Shown: positions 40,863-55,470 of the stretch, piece after piece | How positions within the stretch are numbered: position 1 is the first letter of the stretch | How the letters are laid out: every line of letters begins with the position of its first letter | Origin: Macrostomum lignano | Taxonomy: Eukaryota | DNA length: 64,000 nucleotides | Assembly (NCBI GenBank): GCA_002269645.1 | Contig: NIVC01000926.1 | Coordinates: 124,001-188,000 of the forward strand | Direction: 5' to 3' | The notes under the pieces: model-generated | Databases searched by the model: none | What the model saw: the letters and a program-made list of their open reading frames with translations, nothing else | What the model was told of the DNA's origin: nothing | Program-made: the position numbers and the translations under genes

Positions 40863-42249
40863 AGCTGTGCACTATGTATGTTTCCTCTCCTCATATGTTA
40901 GCTATTCAATCTTGGTATTTAATCCAGGGTGATATAATTTTTAGGACCAGCACTAGTAAAATCGATTGAATAAGAAAAGCAAAAATGAAAGTTTGCATAT
41001 AGGGGCCATGAACTGTGTCGCTTTAATATTAAAGTCTAGATTTAAAAATCGTTGATATGAAAGTGTATACCAAACAGGTAAAAAGCAACCTTGGTTCAAT
41101 TGTTATCACAAAGTGAAAAAATAAGTAATTTTAACTATCTAATTGCTAAGGGTTTCTTAGAAATCGTAGAAAGCCGAAAGGGTAAACCTTCGGTGCAGGA
41201 GCTTGGGACTTTGTAGACAGGATTAATCTTATTTTTATAAAAGGGGGCCTGACTGATCTTAAAAATCATTTTATGTTTAGTTTTAGTAAAATATTATCTT
41301 ATTCTGTCCTTATATATCAGATTAAAAAACTTTTTATGTCTGGTTGTGCATAATATTTCATAATTTAACTGTTTCGGTCGCTTAAGGTTTACTGTTTGTG
41401 CAGTATTAGCTACTAACAGTAGTGAGCTAAATTTTCGAAAAGTGCGTTTGCCAAATTATATTAAAAGTGAATGTATTAATGTAATTAATGTATTTTTTAA
41501 GCTTAGTGAAGCAGATAAAACCTTTTGCTTTGTTTTTCGCGTCTGTTAGTCTGCTGCATTTTTTTTGTAGTTTAAACTTTTTGACAATTTTACTAAGTGT
41601 TTTACTTGAATGTGTAAAATGTATGTGTGAAATTAATCGGGTCGGATTACCACTGAAGACTAAAGGTTACATAAATGATAGCCCATGTATCCCAAGTATG
41701 TAACCCCAAGCTTAATGTTGTACTTACTCTTGTGTCTTCTTACATTGCAGTACTACATGTAAAAATGTTTCTTTAACAGTACTACATTGCAATACTACAG
41801 TATTGCAGTACGCTCGTACTACATGTAAAAACCTTCTTTACTTTCTTAACTCTATGCTAATATTTATGAACATCGCCAATATATCGTAAAAAGCTATATG
41901 TGAACTTTTTTGTTAATAAAAAATAAAATAAATATACTCGCTTTCATAAACTAGCTCTGATACCGAGTGAGTTTCTTTTGTTGATATTACAGAAAAATGA
42001 GGCAAATCCTGCGTTGCAAACTATAGGCTTCAATATATAAAAACAAGATTGAGTGCCTTTACTGTGCTCACTACTGCTAGTAGTATGTACGAGCTCTCAC
42101 AGAAAGGTTGTTAGAAGGTTGTTTAATGGTGGGTTACCAACGTTGGCCTACAACGTTGAAAAAACCGTACAAAGCGGGTCAAAATTAATGTAATTTAAAT
42201 GTTAAAGAAACACCTAATTTCAATGATTGGAAAAACGTTGCACCAACAT

Positions 42250-43160
42250 AAGTGGCAGTCCGGGTTCCGGGGGGAGGGTAGTCGTAATTGTAGCGGAGCG
42301 GTCGTGTAGCGGCGAGGTCGTTCAAATCGATGAAACACCGTAGTCAGAGATTCCTGACTCCGTAAAGTAATGCGTCGAATAGCTGAGTTTGTTACTTTCA
42401 GTAGGGTAGTTGCTGCCACCACCGTAATTTACGTATTACGGAACGGATAAGTCTCAGAGCTATCTTTTGAGATGAGAACTTGGTTATTTTTACGCCCCAC
42501 GGGCAAATGACTCAAGAAATACTATGGCTGAACATTAACGAATGAAATTAATGGCTAATTTAATAATGACGGTTATTACTGAGCTTGGTTTAAGATAAAC
42601 AGCAGCTGCGAGCACGGGATAAAAGTTAATATTATTATTAAAACACGAGAGATGGATTCGCTTGCTGCGGCGCCGGTGCGCTAGGTCAAACTTAATAAAC
42701 GGAACGGTTTATTAATGAAAACAACTACTAAATTGAAGGAGGCGGGGAAACAACAAAATAATATGAAGAAGAAGAAGCAAAGACGAGGACGACGAACGAA
42801 CGAACGGGTCGGACGAAAAAATTGCCCATGCCACAAACGGCGACAAAAGGGAAGAAGAAGAAGAAGAAGACGAAAAAATAAAAGGGAGGGGAGGTCGTGG
42901 AGGTGGTAGAGGAAAACAGGGCACAAAAAGCGGCATAAATAATCAAAAGGGGACGCTGACAAACACTGGAAACAACGTTGGGCAACAAAATTCACGGGAT
43001 GGAATAGGCTCAAATACGTTGGGACACCGCGCGGATAAACAAAATTCAATAAAGGGAACGACGAAAAACAGTGAAAGGACGCGACCAGGCCACGGAAGGG
43101 AAGGAGAGCTGGGCAAACGATGGACAAAAATTGGGGTGAAAAGACAGCGGATGGGATGGT
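42250..43160 (-). repeat. Second fragment of the same LTR-related repeat family
   Basis: Shares GTCTCAGAGC and ACGCCCCACGGGCAAATGACTCA with 58930-58995, and the PBS-like leader with 35830-36030. Confidence 0.65.
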
Positions 43161-45019
43161 AAATTATAGTTTTGATTGCGCTTTAAATTATTAAAAATTA
43201 GGTTTCAATCAATTTTGTGGCATCCCGCCTGCCACAATATGAAAAGGCCCCGGGAAACAAATTCGTCTTTCTCTGCCTCACCTCATTTACAACGTAATTT
43301 ATCTGAAATCTTGGCACTTCTGTCTGCCCTGGCCATAGGCCTGTCACCCAGGGCCTACTAAAGTAAGTTTAAACTACCAGCTTCATATAATACAAGTTAT
43401 TGAATATTGTTGTGTCTGTATCTATTATTTACTAAAAATTGGGCCTATCTCGAATAAGCCTGACAATATATTAATGCAATAATGACTAATTAATAATAGC
43501 TGTAGGGACTCTGAGTTTTTTAAAAGTTTATAAATTATTGTTTTTAGTTCAGTAATAAAAATTTTAAGTGTTAACCAAAAAATTTAGACTAGGGCCTATA
43601 GATGAAATAGGAAAAATGCAATTTACAGTACAGATTAAGCCTTAGTGCCATTTGAAATTAAAGTGTAGACCTAGGCCCTAGCCTAAGCCCTATATATAAA
43701 ATTTTACTTTCTTTGTTTGGCCTAGGCCTAGGAACTTCAGTGAGTTTTTGAAAATTTTGAATTTATTTTTTTTAGAACCAGAATACTAGATAGGCTATTG
43801 TTGTAGTGCCAATTTCTTTGTCTATTTAAATCTCACTGATGTCCCATATTGCAGAAGGTTTTCTGTGTATGCCAGACACATTTTTATTGAATTTTCAATT
43901 GTACACCAACAGATTTTAAATGTATGCCGACTTAAAAATGGTAAAAAAAATAAATATTTAAATTTAAATTTAAAGTAGGGACTTTAGTGAGGGTTGCGCG
44001 AATGTCACAAGACGTAAAAAATGCTAAAAAGTGCCTAACTTTGCAGCCACAAAAGTAATAGAAAATGAAATAGTTGGAAAAAAACTTAATATACCCTAGA
44101 AAGATAAACATCACAGCTTCAAAATGAAACCACTCGTTCACAGATACATAGCTTACAAGCCAAGTTGTGGACGGTTGAATAATGACTATATTTTGCACTT
44201 TTAGGAAAAGTGAAGCCGTTTCTAAAAAATACGGGTGTCAAGTAAAATTCAAATTTCTACGAAATGGGTCGTAATACTAACGACTTTAATACAAAATGAG
44301 AATGATGGAAGACTAAATTGTGGCTTTTTCGAAATATTTCGCATGTTTGCTTTTCGTGGCAATTGCACGAGGGTAAGAAAATGTTTGGATCTACTCTCTA
44401 AGCCTAATTTCAGAGTGCCACGTACTGCCAGGGGCTAGAAAGACGCAGAATTTCATAAGGAAGACAATGGAAAAGTTTAACAACATTTCACTTTGGCGCA
44501 AGAGCGCGCCGCACATTTAAAGTAACCCCCCCTTGAAATTTCAGCCACTTCAGTGACGCCAAATGTGCCTTCGTACGACATCACCTTTTGAGTCCTTACA
44601 ATTGTGGCCTTTGTAAAACATCATTTTAGAGCTATTCAGTGCTCTACCACTGGAACTGTTACATATCTATTCTAAAGTCCTATCCATGACTTGCCTGGCA
44701 ATTGGTGTACAACTGACGGAATGTAAATGTTCAAATATACTCATGCATCAATCTATTTTAAGCAGTGACTTCTGCACTGATTGCGCAAAATTATTTTTTT
44801 TCAGTGGCAGGACTCACTGGACCGGGCAAAATAGATCTGTTATTGCTTTTTTTACTGAATTGCGATTGTAAATAACTCAATATATATTGCATATGAAATA
44901 AAAATGAAACGGTTTTACGTCGTGATCTTCCTTTGAAGGACTTGGAGAGTGCCCAGCATATTGCCCAGGGTCGCATATATATATGCATATTAGCATATAC
45001 CGTCAGGCAGAGAAACTAT

Positions 45020-45460
45020 AAATTCATCAAATGCACAACAGTGAGCTGCAGAAATGTCCTACAGACTACAGAGAGTAAAATTAGCAATGTATCAACCAGC
45101 CATTTCAACACTCGCAATAGAAAAAATGTTTGCAGAATTAGGTAGTGTGTATGCACGGGTATGCATTGTGTGTATGCATTCATAATACAGCTACAAGCTA
45201 CTGGAGTATACTGTATGTATACATGCCATTGCAGTGTCTAGAAATTCATCAAATGCACAACAGTGAGCTGCAGACATGTCCTACAGACTACAGAGAGTAA
45301 AATTAGCAAAGTATCAGCCAGCCATATCAACATTCGCAATAGAAAAAATGTTTGCAGAATTAGGTAGTGTGTATGCAGGGTATGCATTGTGTGTATGCAT
45401 TCATAATACTACAGCTACAAGCTACTGGAGTATACTGCATGTATACATGTCATTGCAGTG
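45020..45460. repeat. Tandem duplication of about 220 bp
   Basis: AAATTCATCAAATGCACAACAGTGAGCTGCAG...CATTGCAGTGT occurs twice. Confidence 0.9.
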
Positions 45461-45690
45461 TTGGGCACTAACTAGTTACATAGTAACGAAGTTACCAACT
45501 TTTGAGTAATTTTTAACGGAATTAAATTTTACAGTTACTTTTTTCGAAAAATCAAAGTTACTTGAAAAGCTTTCCGTTACCATCGTAAAGTCAAAAAAGT
45601 TACTTTGTTTTTTTTTGCTGGCATGCTTTTTGACCACTTGCGAAGGGTGCAACTGCCAGCAACAGCAATACTGTTCTAATCGCCCTTTTT

Positions 45691-45726
<36 letters not shown>

Positions 45727-46041
45727 AAATATAAACAACACGAAATGACACATGCATGACCACGATTAACCACATAATTACGCAGCAACATGCAAAACCG
45801 AATACCAAGGGAATCCCCACTCTCACTCTCTCAGCCACAATTTCCGATGTAATCCAGTTGCACAATTTGGCACACATAGAGGTGTTTGAGTCAAGGATGG
45901 GTACCAGGGTACAACCTGATAGTTTTACTTTTTTCCTAAAATAACTTCATTTAATCTCTAAAAGTTGCTTTTTTCCCGAGGTAACGGCAACTTTTATACA
46001 TCTCAGAAAGTTACATTTTCCAGTAACTTTGCCCAACACTG
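45456..46041. mobile_element. Non-autonomous hAT-like element (586 bp) with an internal (CT)n microsatellite
   Basis: 12-bp TIRs CAGTGTTGGGCA / TGCCCAACACTG; many sub-terminal GTTAC/GTAAC motifs; no TSD visible. Confidence 0.7.
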
Positions 46042-46207
46042 CATTTATAGAGTTGCATCCCTTTATTGCCTTTTATGTTTGCCTAGAAATTTAGTATATA
46101 AGCGTGGCGCATACCCCATTTACATACATTCATACAAACACTTAGAGTTTTAGTATATAAAAGATAGCCATGCTTCAATCCAATCCAGCACAGCAACCAA
46201 AACTTCC

Positions 46208-49200
46208 TTAATACTCTGAGAGTACATTCAATGTTGACCCAAGGTAGTCCTTGTACAAGTCGACGGCATGGAGTTCCCCTGGGTAGTTATCAAATGCCAC
46301 CTCGAATTTGCGATCGAGGATGTCCTGGCGGCGTGTGCTGGATGGGAGCTCCCGTTGCACCACGCCCTCCTCCCACTGCTCGCCATCGGTGTACTCATAA
46401 AGTAGCTCGATGCGTTTGCCAACGATATCCGGCAGATTTGCCAGACTCCGGGGTGCAGGGTTGTTTGATGGGCCAGCTGCCTCCTGGTCCTGGCTTCCGG
46501 CTTCCCGGCGCTGTGGCCCCCGCTTACGTCGCAACACGGATACAGGGCCTGAGGCAGGAGCAGCCGGTTGCAACTTCTTGGCGATGAGCTTCTCCACAGC
46601 AGCACTACACTCTGCAGCTGGACGGACATGGCATCCCATTGCAGCTGGCATGGGCAGCATACCAGCCGCTTCCTCGTCAGCTTTGGCCACGATGTCAATG
46701 ACCTCCAGAAGCTGTTCTTGAAGCTGGGCCACTTTCCGCTTCACACCCTGCACGGAAAACTGCAGCAGCACAGCCTTTCCGGCGGGTAAGGTGGTCTCTG
46801 TGGATTGTTTGTACAAAACGGAAATGTGAGTAGAAGTTAAATAAGTCATAACGTACAGAAAATCGACTACAAGTGAGCGTCTATCATTTAGGTCATGTTG
46901 CATTTTTATAATGTGGGTCCCTCTCTGAATGACAATTAAAGTTAAGTAGGCCAAAATATTAAGCAACTGAAACTAACTCTAACTGATGGTAGATGACAGT
47001 GGCCTAAAAAGTGGCCTAAAGAAACTTGAAACTCAGTAAAAAACAAAGTGCAAAAAATACTTTACTCATAGCTTTGTGGAGTCGCATCTGGGCCTTTAAG
47101 GCTGATTCCAACTGGCTAGTGGGCAGGTTGGCCACTGCTCGCTCCATGTCCGCCCGGCTCATCCAAAGGCCGCCGTAGTCACCTGCCTCGTGGACACGCA
47201 GACGCAGGTTTCGGGACCGGGCCTCCTCTTTCCGCCTCGTGTTGTCCAGCCGTTGCTGGAGAAGCTGCTGTTGCTGCTGCTTAACCATAGCGGCGTGATC
47301 TGCTGCCCGCCTCTCGACCGCCGGCGCAATGGCACGGGCCCTGGCAAAAAGAGCATCCCGCTCCTGCATCGACTTCTCCTTCAGCCAGCTCGCCGTCAAG
47401 TTCTGGCCGAAGAGAATCAGTGACTCCCTCGCCAGCGGCCGCATGTTCGGCTTGTCCCGGATTCCGTGGTCCAGGATACTGAAGTTACGCTCACCGGACA
47501 CATTGTCCTTCGGTGCTGCAGCCGCCAGCTGGACATCCTGGGCTGACAGATCTCGGAGAAGGCCCCCAGGCAGATGGTCGCGCACCTCCCGCTCAACCAG
47601 CGGAGCCATGAAGGCGCACATGCTCTGGACAAATGACATGGAATGACAAGTATGTGTAGATGTAGTGTAAAAGGGATAGCAAGCATTTTACCATTGTTCG
47701 CAGGTGTTCAATACTGATACAATGACAAGGTTATGGTGTAAAATACATTTTTACACAAAATATGCCAATTGGCACCCACCTTCACTGCCTGAGATGCCAA
47801 GCTGTTGTCCAATTCCGAGTAGTCATCTGACGTCATGCATTGCCAGACCGCCCGCGCTGTGCCATCCACCTGAAGCACGTGCTCTGTAAGGTCCGTAAAC
47901 GGGCCGGTGGTCGACTCCCCAACGTCAAATGTAGGAGCCGTTGCAACAGAGCGGAGCCACTGGCAGACAACCTCGTAGTGGGCGTTCATGTCCAGAATGT
48001 GGACGTCGCTGCGACGAAGCAGCTGCCATAGTGGTCTCACCAGAAGGAGATCCACCAAGCCCAGCGCGCGGCAGCCAGCGAGAAGAATGTGCGAGCCAAC
48101 ATCCGCCTGCACGGCAAGCAGCAGACGGTTGCTAGGCTGCATCTGCATCAAGAAGGAGGAGATGACCTCGCTCTGCCAGAGTAGAAGGCCTCCATTGGGG
48201 AAGACCACATAGGCCCTGTGCACAGTGTAAATGGAGGGGGTTACTGTAGACTTACCGATGCCTAGGCTATAGCAAGTCCAAGGGGTCGAGGATTCTGAAG
48301 GATAAGCACAGCCTAAAAATGAGAACACTTTGCATTTTAATCTACTGAACTCTTCATTTGGTGATGTCAAGCAACTGCCAACCCTCACCTTAAATTTCTT
48401 TTATTCATGCATGATGTCTCAGTCTTTTACCTCCATTTGCTCCTGGCACCCACCTATAAAATATAAAAATAAAACAATCACCTGTTCCCACGGAACTCCT
48501 CCATGTTGAACTTGGCATGATCTTGACTCCGCAGGTATGCAGCAAAGGGGCCAGCAAGGCCGCACTGCTCATCACCATTGGGATGAAGTGCCTTGCACGT
48601 TGTCCGAATGAGTCGCTGCGTGCCGGACTCCGCCTTGGATGGATGGAAGCCAGGAAGAGCAGCGGCGCCAATCGGTACAGCAGCAACACACGCCTCCCAC
48701 TCAAGGAGAGCGGCTTCAGAGGCGGCAGCCATATTGACTATGAGATGCATCCCACAGAAAAGTGGAATCATGGGCTGCGGCACTGGCTCCTCAACCTCGC
48801 TCGCTAGGGCAGCACGCATCTCGTCCAAAAGCAGCCGGAGGCTGCGGTTCACAATGTGCCTGTCGGACATGATGAACCGCAGGCGCAGGAGGAGGCTTGC
48901 CTTCAGCTGGCGGCGGTCCTCGTCACTGGACAGTGGCAGTGTCAGCGCGGCGAACATGTCGATGACGGAGTCGACTGTAGAATCTAGCTCGCGCGCGTAG
49001 ATGGCTGCCGTGCCGCCCTCCACCTCGGGGACACCGAGCGAGTAAGCTCGCCCATGACCAGTGTCAACCTGCCGATGAGGGAAAAGAAGTGGAATAACTG
49101 CAAATTACAATGCCAAAGGTAGTCACCCACTATTCTGTTGTAGACTTCTGTATTCTGTAGATGATTCCAAATGTCAATGAGGCTAATACTTTTAGTAATG

Positions 49201-50873
49201 GCAATGCTTACTAAATGACAATTATTAAATGGAAAATTCAGGTCTCAACGATTGTGCGTCTCACAACCCCAAATATGTAGATCACATATTTCCATAATAA
49301 GCTCATGAAACCTTGGCTGCCTGACAGCTGATTTGCAATAGACTCTGTCTCACCTGGTACTCTGCAAAGTGCAGGCCTTTCTTGGATGTCCCATCCGTCA
49401 TCAGTGTCAGTGGGCGATCTGCCTGCGCAGCAGCCAGGATGCCTTCCATAGCAGCTGTCTTGGCAAGGCAGTTGCCAAGGCCATAGCTGAGGACGCCTTC
49501 AAGCGATGGTGACGGAAGGCGGAGGTTGTCGACTTGAAATCCTGCGAGTGTGCCTAGCACAGTGCGTATGGCGCGGGACACATGCGCCACAGGCACGTGG
49601 CTCTCCAGTACAAGGTGCATGCAGGTGTCGACAACAGGCCGCGTGTACTGCACGCCACCGGTGGTCCTGTTCTCAACGACCGTCACAACAGACGGCCCAC
49701 GATGCAAGGCAGCTGTAGCAACGGCCAGCTGGTTGTGTGAAAAGCGCACTTCCTGCTTCAGTGAGGCAATGTTCAACTTTGCTGCTGCCAGGCGTCTCCG
49801 GCAGATCACTAGCTGGCTTCTCTCCTCGCGGAGGAAGTCAATTTGTGCCTGCTGCATGCGGATACGGCGACGCAGTTGACGGATGGCAACTGCACCGACA
49901 GTGACATCAGCATATTCGCGGTTGGCCACCTGTGTAGCTACAGCAGAGGCACGAGCATGAGCACGTGCTTGCTGCAGCCGATGCGTGCAACGCCGCAGGC
50001 GCTGCGTCCAAACCCGAAGAGGTGGCCGGCGGGAGAGCTGTTGCTTCAGGCGCACGATCTCGTTGTCCTTCCGCACCCCCGCCAGCTCCAGCTCAGCAAT
50101 CCGGGTGGCGAGGTCAGCGGCGGCAGCCTGTGATGGTGGTTGAAGCCAAGTACAGATGGAAAGGGGATGCAAGGACTGAGTCACTTCTACTAAGCTGTGA
50201 TGTTATGCAGTTGCTTTGGTGACTTACATGCTGCCTTCAGTATGGAAAACTGTCCTATTTCATATAATATAGATCTCATTCTAGCTAGGACTAGGCTAGA
50301 CTGTCATTGTGAATATGACTGTGAGCATAGACTTTTTAATATGTAATGAATGCAGAGTAGCTAGTCTTTGCCTTTGGGCACTACCCCTATAAAATACAGT
50401 ACATTCACAAATCTTACCTTGGCACCCTGCAGCTCCTCGTATGAGGTCTCCTGCACACGACGACGCTTCTGCCTAGGTGTCTCTGGCCAGTCACCAGCAC
50501 CACCAGGATTAGGTGTGGCAGCAGCAGCAGCAGATCCACCAGCTGGTGTGCTGCTAGGAGGAACCACCGACTCTTTATCCCCTGGGTCTGGGCCAGGCAA
50601 CAAAAAGGCGCTTGCAAGCAGCTCCTCTAACTGTTGTTGGACTGCGCCACTCCGCATTGCACTTTTCCGCAGACCATGAACTCTTGTCACCAGTTTCTGC
50701 AGGATCCTGCCTAGCTTACGTCGGCAGAAGCTGTCTGGACAATGGTTGGAGCCCATGGCAGAGCGAACTGCCAGCTGGCCTGCATTTACTGTGCTAGCAG
50801 CAGTAAACAAGCGCACTGCCTCACATACAGTCAGCAGGTGGCCAGTGGCAGTGCCAGCAGATGCTGTTGACAT
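46208..50873 (-). CDS. Multi-exon DDE transposase (CxxH class) with an N-terminal coiled coil and a C-terminal Spin/Ssty-Tudor-like domain
   Basis: GC-rich exons and AT-rich introns; LMTDGTS (D1), FIMSDRH (D2), FCGMH (CxxH), FRGNR, KDNVSGERNFSILD (E); C-terminus IVGKRIELLY...WEEGVV...FEVAFD...DLYKDYLGSTL. Confidence 0.7.
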
Positions 50874-52589
50874 GATGCCTAAATGATGCCTGAAGATGAA
50901 CTCAACTTCCTGGCATAAGCACTAGCTAGGCTTAAACTTTAAAGGCTGAAAATGTGCATGTAGCAGAGCAGAGGCAGATATTACAAACTTGTAATAACAG
51001 TACTAGTATCATACTAGACACTAGTCCATTTGATTTTTACTTAGTGCCATGCACGACATGCAGTAGAGAACACTTTTTGGAAAGTACTCAGTAGACCCTC
51101 AGTAGACTCCGTAGACCCTCAGTAGACCTAGGCCAAAATTATAATAAAATGTCAGAAGTTTTTACTCACCATAATTATACTGCTTATATTGCTTACTGCT
51201 TATATAGGACATTACTGTACCTATCTATGCCTATACTGCTTATATAGGACATTACTGTACCTATCTATGCCTATGCCAACCAGGCTATGGCTATGAAGGA
51301 AGTAGTATAGTACACTGCCAATATTCAATAATTTGCAGTGTCACAAAACAAGTGTCACTGTCAGTAGTCAAACTGTATCTAATCTAAATTCTATTTAATT
51401 CTAATCGAGTTCTACCTCTATAATCTAGTCTTAACTTTTAGTATTTTACTCTTTTACTTTTTTTAGTTGACAAAAAGTTAAAACAGTAAGTAAAAAAACA
51501 GTAACTAGTGTTTTTCTTGACCCCCTAATCCTTATCCATTGAATAATAATACTATGTTATCATACCATCTAATAAATAGAAAAAAATGCAAAAAAATGAC
51601 ATATCATTCACCTATTTTGGACAAGTTAGAGAAATTTGACATAGCCTTAAATAGTCATATATTGCACGTACATCTAAAAAAATGCAGGAAAAACCTAACT
51701 CACTAGTAAATTTTATTTTTTTCACTATGCATACAGTAATGTCACTATTCTTTTCAAACAATAGACAAAAAATGACATATCATGCATTAAATTTGAACCA
51801 TTAAGAGAAAAGTAACAAAACTTTTTATTAAAAAAACCTGCTTTTTCGGGCAAAAATGATCACAGAGCCTTATGGGAGAAATACATTACGCACACTTGAA
51901 AAAAATTGGTGACAAAAATTGTCATAACTTTTTTATTATTGGACCGATTTTCAAAACTAAGGTGTCAAAATGCTCATACACCCAAGATCTATCAGATAGG
52001 ACAAGAAAAATATCAAATTTCCAAACTTTCAAAATCTCACTGGAGTCCCTATTTAAAGTAAAAAAATTGATAATGACATGACAATTGTCGTATCAATTCC
52101 AGTAATTAAAATGATTGGTAAATAAAAAAATAGTAGCAGAAAAAGTGGTTTTTGAAATAACAACATAAAAAAGCACAAAAAATTCTTTATATTAATTTCT
52201 ACGCCAATCGCCATATACCACACTGTATGCCACACTGTACAATCAAGAAATGTACGCTGGTGTACTAGTGTTCCGCCGCCGCGAGTTTTGACCTCCGTAA
52301 CCGTAACCGTAGCCGTAAGAAAGAAGCAACTTCTGTAGCCGAATTTTGCTGTCATTACGGGCTAAAAAAGTCCATAACCGTAATTTGCTGTTATATACAT
52401 GCGCAACTGCTGGCTGAGCTGGCCGATCTGGCCACTGTAAATCGTGGCTGACCAGGGGTAAGTTGCAAAATTGAGTCGACCAAAAACAGAAAAACACAAG
52501 AACCAAGAAAGAAAGGCAACAGGAAAGCGAAAAAAGAGTGGTTCAAGGAAAAATGGTGAAGCAAAAGAAAAACAAGTTGCATAAGAAGC

Positions 52590-53020
52590 AAACTAAGTCG
52601 CAAAAAGGATCAGGTAAGTCGCAACAGAAGCAACAAAGTCGCAAAAAGGATCAGGTAAGTCGCAAAAGGAGCAACTAAGTCGCAAAAAGGATTAGGTAAG
52701 TCGCATAAGAAGCAAACTAAGTTGCAAAAAGGATCAGGTAAGTCGCAATAGGAGCAACTAAGTTGCAAAAAAGATCAGGTAAGTCGCATAAGAAGCAAAC
52801 TAAGTCGCAAAAAGGATCAGGTAAGTCGCAATAGGAGCAACTAAGTCGCAAAAAGGATCAGGTAAGTCGCAACAGGAGCAACTAAGTTGCAAAAAGGACC
52901 AGGTAAGTCGCAAAAGGAGCAAACTAAGTTGCAAAAAGGATCAGGTAAGTCGCAAAAAGGATCAGGTAAGTCGCAACAGGAGCAACTAGGTTGTAAAAAG
53001 GATCAGGTAAGTTGCAATAA
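52590..53020. repeat. Tandem repeat of about 37-38 bp (two alternating subunits)
   Basis: AAGTCGCAAAAAGGATCAGGT / AAGTCGCAA..GGAGCAACT repeated about 11 times. Confidence 0.9.
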
Positions 53021-53164
53021 GAGCAGCTATATTTAGAATTCAGTTATGTTGCAGATTTATAAGTTTTTAACTAAGCAAAGCAAGCCAATAACAAGATAGC
53101 GATTTAGCAAAATATTAAGTATATTGTGATAATGTAATGTATCTTATCAGACGTCAATGTCAAA

Positions 53165-55470
53165 CTAAAAGAGTCCACTCTGTAAGATATTTTTTTCTGC
53201 TTCGTTGTCATTTGTAACTCGTTCCTGTTGGCCTCCAGGAGCATCAGATCGCCAGTGGCTTTTGAGCCAATCATTTACATATGCATCAGGCTTGAAATTA
53301 GCCAACGGAGGTCCATTTATACGAATCCGCAGCAAATGCTCCAAAGTTTTAGGCGTGAGGCGTGACCTTCTATCATAGGCTATGTGCTTATAGATTGAAA
53401 ACCCCCATTCAGCCTCTGCAGATAATATAGGCAGTGTTGGGACAACCAGGATCAGTTTTTTTATTTTAGGCAGCCATTCAACTGTCCTTTTTTCCATAAA
53501 GTGACTCCAAAATTTTACGGGGCCTCTACTGCAGTAGGCACAAAAGTCAAACTTGTGTGAAGTAACCAGGCTGTTTATTAAAATAGAAAACTGCCCAGAT
53601 ATTGTCTTGATGTTGTCTCTAGAATCTGATTCTGAATCTGAATCAGAGTCTCCTGAGACAGGGCTCTCGTCTTGCATACCAAAGCGTCTAGCCAACGGAA
53701 TTATTCTTGAGCTATAAGTGAAAACTGTATGTAATGTCTCAGCCATAGGCAATGATTCCGGATTGAGTACATCAAATATTGAATAATCATCCTCAGGAAA
53801 ATATTTACGCAGTTGACTGACAATGCTATCAATAATGACAAGCTGGATTTCGCTCAGTGCTGGATACGGTCCTACATCAGTAGCATCAGTACTGCATCCC
53901 CGGCGTCTTAGTCTACTACATGGCTGTTTCAACTCAAACCTTTGTGTTGAATCGTCAGTACCAGCAGGGCACACAAAGTCCGAATGAGATAGGTCATTTG
54001 TATGACAACGTACACGGTATTCTATATCTGCAGTAGGTCCCACAACTCTGCGGCATCTGCATGAATTTAAGAAATCCATAACTCGAAGACCATTGTTTGT
54101 CTTTACATTTCTAAGGAATGGATCAAGTCATTGTGGCGTTTTTGTAATCCTATAAATGTACCTCTAACACTTTGAAACTGCAAAGATTCAAATTCCAAAA
54201 GCTTTAGAATGTCAGTGAGAAATAGGTGCAAGGAATAATATCGTACATTTTTCAATGTCTTCAGCAATTCGGAGGCAGTAGCTTTACTTTCATCATCAAA
54301 ATCTGATGAAGTTGAAATGATATTTTCTAGATTTGTGAGAAGAAGGTAGTATGACTTCCTAATTACATCCAGGGCGGACACTTCTGATGCAACCCATCTT
54401 ATGCGATAGATTCTTTTAAGTTTGTAAAAAACTTTGTCCAATACTTCTGAAGTTTCAAGTAAAGCTTTGCACTTTATAGCATGTCGCATGTAAAATTTGT
54501 ATAGAGAATTTATGGTTGTATCAAGGTGCTGCATATATGGGAAGTTTTCAAAACCATGATAAATTGGAAGTTCCAACTTATGGGCTGCACAGTGATGCTG
54601 GAAGAAATTGTTCTTAGCCCAAGGCCTGAGTCTGCTCACCAATCCTGCTCGATTTCCTGTCATGACTGCTGCACCATCAGTTGTCACGCCCCATAGTCTT
54701 TCTTTGATACCTTCCAGAATATTGTCTTCAGTGAACATACCAATAAGCATTTCATAAATTCTTTGTCCTGTTTTACTTGAGCAAGGCGTTTGAACCGATA
54801 GAAAAACATCAGAGGGTTGCTGTTTTCAAGAATTCTGAAGTAGATCATCAAATAACTGTTAGAATGGATGTCAGATGTTGTGTCTAATACAATTGAAATT
54901 GGAAGATCTTTAGAATTTTTTATATACTTCAGTAGTGTTTTATGCATGGTCATACTGATTGATTCAGCCATTGCAGTAGCACTTTTACGATGCCTGTGAT
55001 GACTGCCCATATCCAAGCCATTCTTTATTTGTAAATCAACCATCAGATTATGTGCACTAAATGGAACATTGGCTTTTACTTCAGCATATACAGTCGTTAA
55101 AACCCTGGCAGTTATTTCCTCTCTTTTGGTTTGTGCTAGTTTAGCCACCCTATTCATCTCATTAATTTGCCTTGCAAGTATGGAGTGGTGTTTCTCTTTC
55201 ATCCAATTAATGGCTTCAGAGTGAAATAAACTTGATGAATGTCTTTGTAGTTTTCTTCGTACACTATCTTTTGCATGTCCATTTGGAACATAACCTGATT
55301 CGGTCACAAATGTCATGCCACGTTTACTTGCTTCATTTGCTGCTGAGGGAAGTGCATTGGCATACTGTTGACAGATTCGGCACTGTATTCCAGATCGCGA
55401 TAGATCATCGGTATTTTGAGCGTATTGAAACCATGTCTTCATTTCATCGGTTACAAATTTCCTCGAAAAG
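53165..55470 (-). pseudogene. hAT transposase (ZNF862/KIAA1586-like), frameshifted
   Basis: ISIVLDTTSD (D1), TTDGAAVMTG (D2), HCAAHKLEL (CxxH), RIRWVAS, and dimerisation region LPILSAEAEWGFS...RRSRL across three overlapping ORFs. Confidence 0.9.

Noticed and set aside
46231-50797. Plus-strand ORFs over the GC-rich exons (likewise 59346-60098 and 63212-63997)
   Set aside because: Antisense shadows of the real minus-strand coding frames in GC-rich DNA.
44510-52060. Kolobok-type ends (TTAA) around the spliced transposase
   Set aside because: Candidate ends at about 44516 and 52055 do not form a matching TIR.
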